This document shows positions 8,615 to 17,573 of a stretch of DNA of 20,000 bases, piece by piece. The notes beneath the pieces are model-generated. The model was not told the DNA's origin and searched no databases. It saw nothing but the letters and a program-made list of their open reading frames with translations. The stretch is from a bacterium. Lineage in GTDB: Bacteria; CLD3; SB21. The stretch spans positions 48,542 through 68,541 of the forward strand of contig JABWCP010000015.1 in assembly GCA_013360215.1 (NCBI GenBank), in the 5' to 3' direction. How positions within the stretch are numbered: the first letter of the stretch is position 1; every line of letters starts with the position of its first letter. Made by a program: the position numbers and the translations under genes.

Positions 8615-9590
8615 GTTGCGTGATCCTTTCTTGTGCTTTTTCCAATATCCGAAGCACTTCCAGCGCATGTTCGCCGTCCGTACGCGGTGTTTTGCCGTGC
8701 AGGAGGCAATCATAAAAATGACGATGTTCTTCACTTAATGGTTGTGCGGCATCAAACGGAATCACCTCAAAGTCTACCTCAAATTTCTCGATTTTTCCGT
8801 TACTTTGCTGAAAGCCTTTTTTATAAAATTTTAACTTATCTGTTTTGAGCGAATCTTCAAACACGATCATTCCCTTATCACCGATGACAACCAGTCTTTG
8901 TTCTTTAAAAGGGTGAAGCCAACTCACAAAAACATGCACATGAATGTTACCGGGATAGGTGAGGTACGTGATGGTCGAATCTTCGACGTTTTTTTGTACG
9001 AACGCCGCGCCTTTGGCCTCAATCGTTTCCGGATTTTTTCCTATCAAATATTGAACTATCGAAATATCATGCGGTGCAAAACTCCAAAGACTATTTTCTT
9101 CGCTGCGAATAGCGCCGAGATTGAGCCGATTACTGTAAATATACTGAAGTTTGCCGATATACCCTTCATCCATCATCTGTTTCAACTTCAAAACCGCCGG
9201 ATGATACAAAAGCACATGCCCTACCATGATTTTTACATCATATTTTTGAGCTAAACTCAAAAGTTCAACAGTATGTTCAGAAATTAGCGTGATTGGTTTT
9301 TCGATCAGTACATGTTTGCCGTTTTCGATACATCGTTTAGCAAGATCAAAATGGGTTTCGGCCGGCGTTGCAATCACTACGGCATTGATATTCGAATGCG
9401 CGATGAGCGAATGAATATCTGATGTAAATGGAATTTTCGGTGAAACTGTATGTACTCTTTGGATGGCGTCGGGTTTGGCATCCGCCGTTAATAAAAGATT
9501 ACTTCCTAATAACCCATGGGCGGTACGCACATGATTGAGTCCCCAATTTCCACAACCGATAATACCTAATTTTACTTTTGAATAATCCAT
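8607..9590 (-). CDS. wbpB: Gfo/Idh/MocA-family oxidoreductase, WbpB/WlbA-like (UDP-GlcNAcA 3-dehydrogenase)
   Basis: GIIGCGNWG Rossmann loop, IATPAETH, HVLIEKP and WSFAPHDIS; lies directly upstream of the acetyltransferase and aminotransferase. Specific role inferred from context. Confidence 0.75.
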   Translation of the reverse strand: MDYSKVKLGIIGCGNWGLNHVRTAHGLLGSNLLLTADAKPDAIQRVHTVSPKIPFTSDIHSLIAHSNINAVVIATPAETHFDLAKRCIENGKHVLIEKPITLISEHTVELLSLAQKYDVKIMVGHVLLYHPAVLKLKQMMDEGYIGKLQYIYSNRLNLGAIRSEENSLWSFAPHDISIVQYLIGKNPETIEAKGAAFVQKNVEDSTITYLTYPGNIHVHVFVSWLHPFKEQRLVVIGDKGMIVFEDSLKTDKLKFYKKGFQQSNGKIEKFEVDFEVIPFDAAQPLSEEHRHFYDCLLHGKTPRTDGEHALEVLRILEKAQERITQHV

Positions 9591-9593
9591 AAT

Positions 9594-11234
9594 TTATTTT
9601 ACAGTAAAATATATAAGTATAATGGTTGATGTGATGGCCGCCAGTTGACCCGTTATAGTCAGCGCATCTTTAAATATCTGCCAACCATCTACCGGTTCTT
9701 TTTCCGGAACAAAAATCACATCGCCGTCTTCGATCAGTACATCATCATCGGCATCCAGCCATTTCTGTGACGCTGTTTTGATGATTTTAATATCACCTTT
9801 TTTTGCTCTATCCGTAAATCCGCCGCACTTGTCAATATAATATCGGTAATCTTTGCCGTGATCAAAATCTACAATACCTGATAACAACGCACCACCAACA
9901 ACGGTCACGGTTCGCCGGATAGATGATACATCAATATAATCACCGCGCTTTAAAATAACATCATACTCCGGATTCACTTTTTCGTCGGCAAATAGTTTTT
10001 TAAAATCTGTTTGTACGACGGGTTTTTGTTGACGTGTTTTGGCTTTGAAGTAAGACTTTTCAATGTCGTTCATCTCGGACACCGGTGTCAATTTCAGACG
10101 TTCATATTCTTGATCGATATCCTCTTTTGCGGGACTGCGATAAATGGAAATGCGATCCAATGATACATACGGCGTAAAACCACCAGCCCTTTTAATCACA
10201 TCCGAAACGGTCGTTTTATCTTCGATAATGGCATAGGATCCAGGATACATCACTTCACCTTGGATAGCTACATCAGCCCGATCATGATACTGCGCGTGTT
10301 TTCGGAAATAAATACGATCATCCGGTTTGAGACGCAGATTGATCGTGGTATCCTCTGGATTTTGATACACTTCACGCAAATCGCGCGTAATGCGTATTAC
10401 CTCTCGGCCTGTATCCTTGGCCATACGGTACATGATGAAAATGGATGAGTCAATCCCCTGCACTAAACCACCGGCCAATCGAATAGCATCGATGATATTC
10501 TCATTCGCCACGTATTCCATCGTACCATGACTTGCTACAGCACCCAAAATCTGATAACTTGCATATTGAGCAGGTACAAATATACGGTCACCGTCGTTAA
10601 GTAATGGATCCGAATCCAAATCTAAATTTCGGCCGCGTTTTATAAAATCAACACTCTGCGATGTACCGTCCTTACGATACAGAATAATATTTCTTTGCGA
10701 TGCCTTTCCGTTTAAACCGCCCGCTTTCGCAATGGCTGTCGATACCCGTTCTGTTCCTGAGACCACTACCGAACTCGGATTATTACACATACCCCCTACG
10801 GGCACGCGAAAAGAGCGAAGTGAAACCAGGTTGATCGTCACCTCGGCATTGGTATACACAGTTCTGATACTTTTTCCTACACGCTCTTGTACTTCGGCCA
10901 AATTGAGGTTTTTAACATCTATCGCTTTTACGGTAGGAACAATCAAAAAACCTTCGGGCGATACAACGGTTCTGAAGTTTTGATTGACCTGCCCCCAAAT
11001 CGAAACTAAAAACTGATCCCCGGGACCAACATAGTATTGTTTTGGATCTACAACCGTCTCAAGAATATTATTGGATTTTTCAGGGAATAAAACATCGTCC
11101 GGGTCACCGGAAGAGTTATCCTTTTCTAATTCCTCTTTGATTTTAGATCGATCCTGTTGCGCCAATACTGTGGTATCCGTCATCGCCGAAAGAATCAGAG
11201 CTGAAATCATTGTTAAGAATAAATGCTTTTTCAT
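9594..11234 (-). CDS. Polysaccharide export protein (Wza/KpsD-like OPX) with Poly_export domain and about four SLBB repeats
   Basis: Start ATG 11234 (ATGA overlap, GAAGGA SD) gives a signal peptide MKKHLFLTMISALILSAM...VLA|QQ. YYVGPGD...VSPEGFLIVP is the PES domain. Four repeats have the form V.G.V..PG...I..AGG...L..GD.I.VP. The C-terminus is a hydrophobic helix. Confidence 0.85.
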   Translation of the reverse strand: MKKHLFLTMISALILSAMTDTTVLAQQDRSKIKEELEKDNSSGDPDDVLFPEKSNNILETVVDPKQYYVGPGDQFLVSIWGQVNQNFRTVVSPEGFLIVPTVKAIDVKNLNLAEVQERVGKSIRTVYTNAEVTINLVSLRSFRVPVGGMCNNPSSVVVSGTERVSTAIAKAGGLNGKASQRNIILYRKDGTSQSVDFIKRGRNLDLDSDPLLNDGDRIFVPAQYASYQILGAVASHGTMEYVANENIIDAIRLAGGLVQGIDSSIFIMYRMAKDTGREVIRITRDLREVYQNPEDTTINLRLKPDDRIYFRKHAQYHDRADVAIQGEVMYPGSYAIIEDKTTVSDVIKRAGGFTPYVSLDRISIYRSPAKEDIDQEYERLKLTPVSEMNDIEKSYFKAKTRQQKPVVQTDFKKLFADEKVNPEYDVILKRGDYIDVSSIRRTVTVVGGALLSGIVDFDHGKDYRYYIDKCGGFTDRAKKGDIKIIKTASQKWLDADDDVLIEDGDVIFVPEKEPVDGWQIFKDALTITGQLAAITSTIILIYFTVK

Positions 11235-12322
11235 ACAAGATCCTTCAGTTTTTCGGCAATACGCTCCGCCGCCATACCATCCCATAGAGCCGGAATATTT
11301 CCTTTTTTGTAGCTACGGTTCAATACGGCTTCCATACACGATTTCAACGCATCCCGATCTTGTCCTACCAACGTATTAGTACCGACATCCAAAGTAACCG
11401 GCCTTTCGGTATTGGCGCGCATGGTAAGACATGGTACACCCAAAAACGTTGTTTCTTCTTGCACACCGCCGGAATCGGTAACGGCGGCAACAGAGGAACG
11501 CATCAATGCAATAAAATCAAAATACCCGAGCGGCTCAATCAATCGAATTCGTTCGTTCAACTTGACTTTATGATCCATCCCATATTGCGTAAGTTTGGTT
11601 TTGGTCCTTGGATGAACGGGGAAAACAACCGGCATATAACCCGCTATAAACTCCAATAGACCAAGCATAGACCGTAAATTTTCCTCGGAATCCACGTTCG
11701 CCGGACGATGCAGTGTGACAAGGACAAATTCTTTTTCCTTTAGATTCATGCGCTGGAGAATATCCGACGCCTCAATCTTGGGTAATGCAAATGTAAGCGA
11801 ATCAATCATCACATTGCCGGCGAAGAAAATCTGATTTTCTTGTTTACCCTCATTCTTGAGATTTTGATTAGCCGATGACTCGGTAGTGAACAGATAATCC
11901 GAAATGGCATCGGTTACCAAACGATTGATTTCCTCCGGCATCGTACGATCAAAACTTCGTAATCCGGCTTCAACATGAATAACAGGCACATGAAGTTTGG
12001 AAGCTGTTACAGCACACGCCATCGTCGAATTCACATCTCCCACCACCAACACATAATCGGGTTTTTCGTTTACCAAAATGGAATCAAACTTCAGCATCAG
12101 ATCCGCAGTCTGTTGCGCATGCGATCCACCACCAACTCCCATATGAATATCCGGATCGGGCATTTGCAATTCTTTAAAAAAAATATCCGACATGATCGCA
12201 TCATAATGCTGACCCGTATGAATAAGCTTTGATGTGATCTGCGGATAATTCTTAATCGCTCTTAAAATGGGAGCAATTTTCATAAAATTAGGACGCGCAC
12301 CGGCGATACAGAGCAGTTTCAT
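11231..12322 (-). CDS. wecB: UDP-N-acetylglucosamine 2-epimerase, non-hydrolysing (WecB/WbpI-like)
   Basis: GARPNFMK, HTGQHYD, VGDVNST, HVEAGLRS, MPEEINR, TDSGGVQEE and TERP motifs. Confidence 0.93.
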   Translation of the reverse strand: MKLLCIAGARPNFMKIAPILRAIKNYPQITSKLIHTGQHYDAIMSDIFFKELQMPDPDIHMGVGGGSHAQQTADLMLKFDSILVNEKPDYVLVVGDVNSTMACAVTASKLHVPVIHVEAGLRSFDRTMPEEINRLVTDAISDYLFTTESSANQNLKNEGKQENQIFFAGNVMIDSLTFALPKIEASDILQRMNLKEKEFVLVTLHRPANVDSEENLRSMLGLLEFIAGYMPVVFPVHPRTKTKLTQYGMDHKVKLNERIRLIEPLGYFDFIALMRSSVAAVTDSGGVQEETTFLGVPCLTMRANTERPVTLDVGTNTLVGQDRDALKSCMEAVLNRSYKKGNIPALWDGMAAERIAEKLKDLV

Positions 12323-12329
12323 CGTTGAT

Positions 12330-13652
12330 TTATACCTTACCGGAGCCGAGTACAGCTATTTTATCGCGCCCATGCGTCACGGATTTGGTTGCATTACGGG
12401 AATCCACAACACTGGCGGCGTGGGAGACTATTTCATTATAATCATAGCGCGAGTGATCCGTTCCGACAAACACAACATCAACGGACTTCAAAAGCTCCGT
12501 GCTGATCACGTGTGATTTATAAACTTTACCCAAAAGTTCAACTTCAGGAACATACGGATCATTGTACATCACATCGCTAAACCCTTTCTGAATCATGATT
12601 TCCATCACTTTCAGCGATGGTGAATGCCGTGTATCATCCACATCCTTTTTGAAGGCCGCACCGAGAACCAATACTTTAGCTTTTTTAAGCGCAACACCGC
12701 GATTGGCCAAAGCTTCTACGATCATCGAATAGGCATAATAGGGCATATTCTCATTGACCTCCGCAGCCAATTCGATAAAGTTGGTATGAAAATCGTAGCC
12801 GCGTGCTTTCCATGACAAATAATAGGGATCAATAAGAATGCAATGTCCTCCGATACCAGGGCCCGGGTAAAACGGCATATAACCAAAAGGTTTTGTACCG
12901 GCCGCATTTATTACTTCCCACATGTCCACACCGCCCATGCGATCGCAGAGTTGTGCCAACTCATTAACAAGGGCAATATTTACACTGCGAAAAATATTTT
13001 CGAGCAGTTTGCACATTTCGGCAACCCGAGGATTGGATACGGGTACTACTTTTTCTATGATCTGAGCATTGATGAGACAAGCCAGTTCGGTACACTTCGA
13101 AGTCACACCCCCGACCACGACCGGGGTATTGGCTGTTGTATATTTTTTATTGCCGGGATCAATGCGTTCCGGCGAAAATGCGAGATAATAATCGGCACCG
13201 ACTTTCAGACCTTTTTTATCAAGAATCGGCATCGTTACTTTTTCCGTGGTCTCCGGAAACGTAGTGCTTTTAAGAATAACAAGCTGCTCTTTACGAAGCC
13301 CGCTTGCAATTCCTTCGCTGGCACTGACGATATACGAAACATCGGGCTCTTTATTATCCGTGAAGGGCGTCGGTACACATATATAGATGATGTCCATTTC
13401 GCCGATACGCTGATAGGTAGTATCGGCTTTTAACTTACCCGATTGATAGCATTTTTGGAAACGATCATTGGGTATATCTTCGATATAGTTATGGCCATCA
13501 TTGATACTTTTTACTTTTTTAGAATCAAGATCAATACCCAAGGTGTCGTAACCGGAGGCAGCGAATTCAACAGCCAAAGGCAATCCCACATAACCTAATC
13601 CGATGATACCCACTTTGGCCGATTTATTTTTTATTTTACTCTCTAGATTCAC
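12330..13652 (-). CDS. wbpA: UDP-N-acetyl-D-glucosamine 6-dehydrogenase (WbpA/WecC/TviB family)
   Basis: GLGYVGLPLA, ICVPTP, STTFPETT, FSPERIDPG, KLLENIFRSVNIALVNE, GPGIGGHC (catalytic Cys) and AFKKDVDDTR; GTG start with GGAG SD. Confidence 0.85.
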   Translation of the reverse strand: MNLESKIKNKSAKVGIIGLGYVGLPLAVEFAASGYDTLGIDLDSKKVKSINDGHNYIEDIPNDRFQKCYQSGKLKADTTYQRIGEMDIIYICVPTPFTDNKEPDVSYIVSASEGIASGLRKEQLVILKSTTFPETTEKVTMPILDKKGLKVGADYYLAFSPERIDPGNKKYTTANTPVVVGGVTSKCTELACLINAQIIEKVVPVSNPRVAEMCKLLENIFRSVNIALVNELAQLCDRMGGVDMWEVINAAGTKPFGYMPFYPGPGIGGHCILIDPYYLSWKARGYDFHTNFIELAAEVNENMPYYAYSMIVEALANRGVALKKAKVLVLGAAFKKDVDDTRHSPSLKVMEIMIQKGFSDVMYNDPYVPEVELLGKVYKSHVISTELLKSVDVVFVGTDHSRYDYNEIVSHAASVVDSRNATKSVTHGRDKIAVLGSGKV

Positions 13653-13682
13653 GTGGAGACTCCAATTTATTTTATTCTTATT

Positions 13683-14996
13683 CTATTTTACAATTCGCCC
13701 TACCGCATTATACTCAAATCCGAGTGCTTTTATTTCTTTTGGATCGAATATGTTTCTGCAATCAACAATCTTAGCCGATTTTAGCAGTGTTTTCGCTTTG
13801 ACCAAATCCAACTCGCGAAACTCATTCCACTCCGTCACGATCACCATACAGTCAGCACCTTGCACGGCTTCAAAAGCATCTTTAGCATAATACATCGTCG
13901 GGAAAAATTTCTGCGCTTGTTCCATAGCTACGGGATCATAAGCTTTCACAACGCCGCCTTCTTTGGTGATTTCTTCCATGATCACAAGCGATGTGGCTTC
14001 ACGGATGTCGTCGGTATTAGGTTTGAACGCAATACCCAGCACCGCGATGGTTTTACCTTTAAAATTACCGCCGACCATTTTTCTGATTTTTTCAACCATG
14101 AGCATTTTTTGGTAATCATTCGCCTGAATGGCGGCATTGACAACAAGGTTTTGAACCCCAACCTCTTCGGCTGTTTTGGCTAACGCCATGGTATCTTTAG
14201 GAAAACAAGAACCGCCGAAACCGCCACCGGCATGGAGAAATTTCGGACTGATACGGCCATCCAATCCCATCGCTTTGGCAACAACCTTTACATCAGCACC
14301 GATCTTTTCGCAAATATTGGCGATTTCATTAATAAACGAAATTTTTACGGCCAGAAATGCATTCGATGCATATTTGATCATTTCGGATGATTCGACATTG
14401 GTCACGACCATCGGCGTCTCATTGATATAAAGCGCCCGATACACTGTTTTCATCACCTCTGTCGCACGATCGCTGTTGCTCCCTATGACCACACGATCCG
14501 GTCTTAAGAAATCACTGACCGCAGAACCTTCGCGTAAAAATTCGGGATTGGATACCACGTCAAATTCGGCACCTTTGGGGGCATGCTCGGAAAGAATCTT
14601 CCTGACTTTTTCACCCGTACCCGCAGGAACCGTACTCTTGGTGACTACAACTTTATAGCCGTTTAAGTTTTTTGCAATAGTTTCGGCGACTTTGAAAACA
14701 ATACTCAAATCGGCGTCCCCCTTAGGTCCGGGTGGCGTACCTACCGCGATAAAAATGACTTCGGACTCTTTGATAGACTGCGCCACGTCATTGGAAAAAA
14801 ACAAACGTTTTTTCTCAACATTGCGATCCACCACTTCCTTAAGGCCCGGCTCATAAATCGGTATAACACCTTGATTGAGTTTATCAATTTTTTCTTTATC
14901 AATATCGGCGCATATGACGTTGTTGCCAAAATCGGCTAAACACGCACCGGATACCAGGCCAACATAACCGGTTCCTACCACGCATATCTTTTTCAC
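13683..14996 (-). CDS. ugd: UDP-glucose 6-dehydrogenase
   Basis: GTGYVGLV, PIYEPGL, AVGTP, KSTVPAGT, SNPEFLREGSA, KYASNAFLA, GFGGSCFPKD and AFKPNTDDIRE; GTG start with GAGGT SD. Confidence 0.93.
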   Translation of the reverse strand: MKKICVVGTGYVGLVSGACLADFGNNVICADIDKEKIDKLNQGVIPIYEPGLKEVVDRNVEKKRLFFSNDVAQSIKESEVIFIAVGTPPGPKGDADLSIVFKVAETIAKNLNGYKVVVTKSTVPAGTGEKVRKILSEHAPKGAEFDVVSNPEFLREGSAVSDFLRPDRVVIGSNSDRATEVMKTVYRALYINETPMVVTNVESSEMIKYASNAFLAVKISFINEIANICEKIGADVKVVAKAMGLDGRISPKFLHAGGGFGGSCFPKDTMALAKTAEEVGVQNLVVNAAIQANDYQKMLMVEKIRKMVGGNFKGKTIAVLGIAFKPNTDDIREATSLVIMEEITKEGGVVKAYDPVAMEQAQKFFPTMYYAKDAFEAVQGADCMVIVTEWNEFRELDLVKAKTLLKSAKIVDCRNIFDPKEIKALGFEYNAVGRIVK

Positions 14997-15011
14997 AGTA
15001 ATACCTCTAGA

Positions 15012-15830
15012 TTATTGGATTCCGTTATTTTTTATTCTTTGCAAAGCCTCTTTAGCGGCTTGCTGTTCTGCTTCTTTTTTGGATAACCCTCTGCCGCATC
15101 CTAGTATGGTATCTTTAACGGCTACTTGGATGGTAAACTCTTTTTGATGTTCGGGCCCTGTTTCGCTGACGACGATATACTGCGGAATACCGAGATCTTT
15201 GCCTTGGGTATATTCCAGTAAATCGCCCTTAAAATTGGAATTCATTTCGCTCTGCAAAATACGCTCGGTATCGCAAAGCAGCGTATCCAAAACAAATTTA
15301 CGCGCCGTATGATACCCGTGGTCCAGATAAACCGCTGCGATGAGCGCTTCAAAAACATCCGATAATATAGATGAACGCGAACGACCACCCGAGCGCTCTT
15401 CACCATCGCTCATCACTATAAACTGACCCAGTCCCAAGGCTTCGGCTTTATGCGCTAACGTCTTTTTATTGACTAAGTGCGATTTCCCTTTCGTCAAAAA
15501 GCCTTCATCGGATTCGGGGTATTTCTGAAAAAGAAATTCCGCCGTGATCGTACTGAGTATCGCATCACCGAGAAACTCCATGCGTTCATACGACGAAAAG
15601 TGTTTCTCATTACTCACATTTAAGAAAGAACGATGTTTGAGTGCTTGAATATATAACTTCGGATTCTCAATCCGAACACCTAAAACACGCGATAAATCCT
15701 GAAGCCGTAATCCGTTATCAGGTAAAAAACCATCGGCTTGTTCGGGACCCCAAGCGCGCCGAAAAAAACGGATTATCCCATTAAACCAGCCGCCATGTAC
15801 TGCATGCTCTTGTGAAGTCCCCGGTGACAT
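15012..15830 (-). CDS. rnc: Ribonuclease III
   Basis: ALKHRS, signature YERMEFLGDAIL, SDVFEALIAAVYLD and a C-terminal dsRBD (NFKGDLLEYTQ...GPEHQKEF...G.SKKEAEQQAA). Has an N-terminal extension of about 40 aa; exact start uncertain. Confidence 0.96.
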   Translation of the reverse strand: MSPGTSQEHAVHGGWFNGIIRFFRRAWGPEQADGFLPDNGLRLQDLSRVLGVRIENPKLYIQALKHRSFLNVSNEKHFSSYERMEFLGDAILSTITAEFLFQKYPESDEGFLTKGKSHLVNKKTLAHKAEALGLGQFIVMSDGEERSGGRSRSSILSDVFEALIAAVYLDHGYHTARKFVLDTLLCDTERILQSEMNSNFKGDLLEYTQGKDLGIPQYIVVSETGPEHQKEFTIQVAVKDTILGCGRGLSKKEAEQQAAKEALQRIKNNGIQ

Positions 15831-15835
15831 ACAGA

Positions 15836-17080
15836 TTACGGTTTATACTTCGTTACGGCAATACACGTATTGTGTCCGCCAAACCCAAAGGTATTACTCA
15901 GCGCTACGTCCACGTTACGTTGAACGGCTTTGTTAGGCACGTAATTCAGATCACACGCCGGATCCGATACTTCATAATTGATCGTCGGCGGAATCCACCC
16001 GTTTTTCACGGCCAATGTGGTCGCGATAAATTCGATGCCGCCGGCCGCACCAAGCAAGTGTCCCGTCATGGATTTGGTCGAACTGACCAGTAACTTATAC
16101 GCATGATCGCCGAAAACGGTCTTGATCGCGGCACTTTCGTTTTTATCATTGTATTCGGTGGATGTACCATGCGCATTGATGTAACCAACTTCTTCGGCCT
16201 TCACACCCGCGTCCTTGCACGCGATCGCCATAGCACGTGCAGCACCTTCGCCGCCTTCAGCCGGTGCCGTGATATGGTACGCATCGTCGGTATAGCCGAT
16301 ACCGGCCATTTCTCCGTAGATCGTAGCACCGCGTTTGAGTGCGTGCTCAAGTTCTTCGAGCACCACAATGCCGGCGCCTTCTCCGATCACAAATCCGTCG
16401 CGTTCTTTGTCGAAAGGACGGCTCGCGTGCATCGGATCATCATTGCGGGTGGACAGTGCTTTGAGGGCATTAAACCCTGCAACACCCATACGACAAATAC
16501 CCGCCTCTGCACCACCGCACACCATCGCGTCGGCATCACCGCGTTGGATCAAAATAAATGCATCACCGATGGCATGACTGCCTGTAGCACACGCCGACAC
16601 CGTCGCGTAATTCGGCCCCTTGAGACCGTGCTGTATGGCTACCTGACCCGGCGCAATATCTATGATCATCATTGGAATAAAGAACGGGCTGACACGTCCG
16701 GGCCCTTTGGCCATGTACGTTTCAAACTGTTCCTCAAACGTCTGAAATCCGCCAATACCGGAACCGATCACACAACCGATACGATTGGCATCCAAATTTT
16801 TTACATCCAGCTTGGCATCTTCAATCGCCATTTTTGATGCCGCTACGGCAAATTGGCAAAAGCGATCCATACGGCGTGCTTCTTTTTTATCCGTATAGAG
16901 CGACGGGTCAAAATTCTTTACTTCTGCCGCAAACTTGGTAACGTGATCTTTCGCATCAAATAGTGTTATCGGTCCGACACCGTTGCGTCCTTCCAGTAAT
17001 CCTTTCCAGAATTCTTCAACCGTATTGCCGATCGGCGTCACAGCGCCCATACCGGTGATCACTACTCTGCGTTTACTCAT
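15836..17080 (-). CDS. fabF: 3-oxoacyl-ACP synthase II
   Basis: [21 protein letters not shown] (catalytic Cys), [19 protein letters not shown] and [18 protein letters not shown]. Confidence 0.97.
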   Translation of the reverse strand: MSKRRVVITGMGAVTPIGNTVEEFWKGLLEGRNGVGPITLFDAKDHVTKFAAEVKNFDPSLYTDKKEARRMDRFCQFAVAASKMAIEDAKLDVKNLDANRIGCVIGSGIGGFQTFEEQFETYMAKGPGRVSPFFIPMMIIDIAPGQVAIQHGLKGPNYATVSACATGSHAIGDAFILIQRGDADAMVCGGAEAGICRMGVAGFNALKALSTRNDDPMHASRPFDKERDGFVIGEGAGIVVLEELEHALKRGATIYGEMAGIGYTDDAYHITAPAEGGEGAARAMAIACKDAGVKAEEVGYINAHGTSTEYNDKNESAAIKTVFGDHAYKLLVSSTKSMTGHLLGAAGGIEFIATTLAVKNGWIPPTINYEVSDPACDLNYVPNKAVQRNVDVALSNTFGFGGHNTCIAVTKYKP

Positions 17081-17197
17081 AGTCGCTCCTTACATTGGCG
17101 ATGAATGTTAAAAAATTACCTCTCGTAGCGTGATACCGCAAAAAAGGCCACCGTACAAATCGGCATGAATCTTAAGCGGATACGATACAAGTTTGAT

Positions 17198-17244
17198 AAA
17201 AAAAGGCTAATCCGCCGAATAACTGAATATCCGACGCATTAGCC
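17198..17244 (-). terminator. Rho-independent terminator-like hairpin downstream of acpP
   Basis: Minus strand reads GGCTAATGCGTCGGATA-TTCAGT-TATTCGGCGGATTAGCC-TTTTTTT: a 17-bp stem (one G/G mismatch, two G-U pairs), 6-nt loop and U7 tail, starting 14 nt after the acpP stop. Confidence 0.75.
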
Positions 17245-17258
17245 CATCAATAATTCGC

Positions 17259-17510
17259 TTATTTACCGAGACGATTTACAAGATAATCAATCGTCGAACC
17301 CACCGTCGTGAGTTTGGCGGCTTCATCTTCCGGGATTTTGTCGCCGAGGCTGAAAGAATCTTCAAATTCCATCACCAGCTCTACTTGATCCAGCGAGTCC
17401 GCACCGAGATCTTCTACATACGAAGCTTCCGGTTTTACTTCGGCTTCCGTAACACCGAGTTTTTTAACGATAATCTCGGTTACTTTTTTCGTGATTTCTT
17501 CACGTGTCAT
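17259..17510 (-). CDS. acpP: Acyl carrier protein
   Basis: [17 protein letters not shown] phosphopantetheine-attachment motif; acidic 83-aa protein between fabG and fabF. Confidence 0.97.
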   Translation of the reverse strand: MTREEITKKVTEIIVKKLGVTEAEVKPEASYVEDLGADSLDQVELVMEFEDSFSLGDKIPEDEAAKLTTVGSTIDYLVNRLGK

Positions 17511-17517
17511 GGTTTTT

Positions 17518-17523
17518 CTCCTT
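17518..17523 (-). promoter_or_regulatory. Strong Shine-Dalgarno site of acpP
   Basis: AAGGAG on the minus strand, 7 nt upstream of the acpP ATG. Confidence 0.7.
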
Positions 17524-17573
17524 TTTGAAGAGTTGTTGTTTAGGTATATATTCTAAAGTTCACTCCAACATCA

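Noticed and set aside
8607-8734. The wbpD frame stays open 40 codons into wbpB, with an A7 run near the junction, suggesting a frameshift fusion
   Set aside because: The A7 run begins at the last base of the wbpB stop and extends past it, so slippage there cannot fuse the genes. ATG 8614 has its own AAGGA SD, so ordinary translational coupling explains the overlap.
13654-13664. Palindrome TGGAG-A-CTCCA over the wbpA Shine-Dalgarno site
   Set aside because: A 1-nt loop cannot form a stable hairpin, a 5-bp arm is expected by chance in 20 kb, and I noticed no second copy.
16103-16837. 244-aa plus-strand ORF, and other long plus-strand ORFs (4081-4632, 7290-7838, 12843-13433, 18580-19038)
   Set aside because: Each lies wholly antisense to a well-supported gene and shows no recognisable motif; these are typical shadow ORFs.
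17511-17573. Possible internal acpP promoter (TAGAAT on the minus strand)
   Set aside because: There is no convincing -35 or extended -10 element at a suitable spacing, so it cannot be supported from sequence alone.
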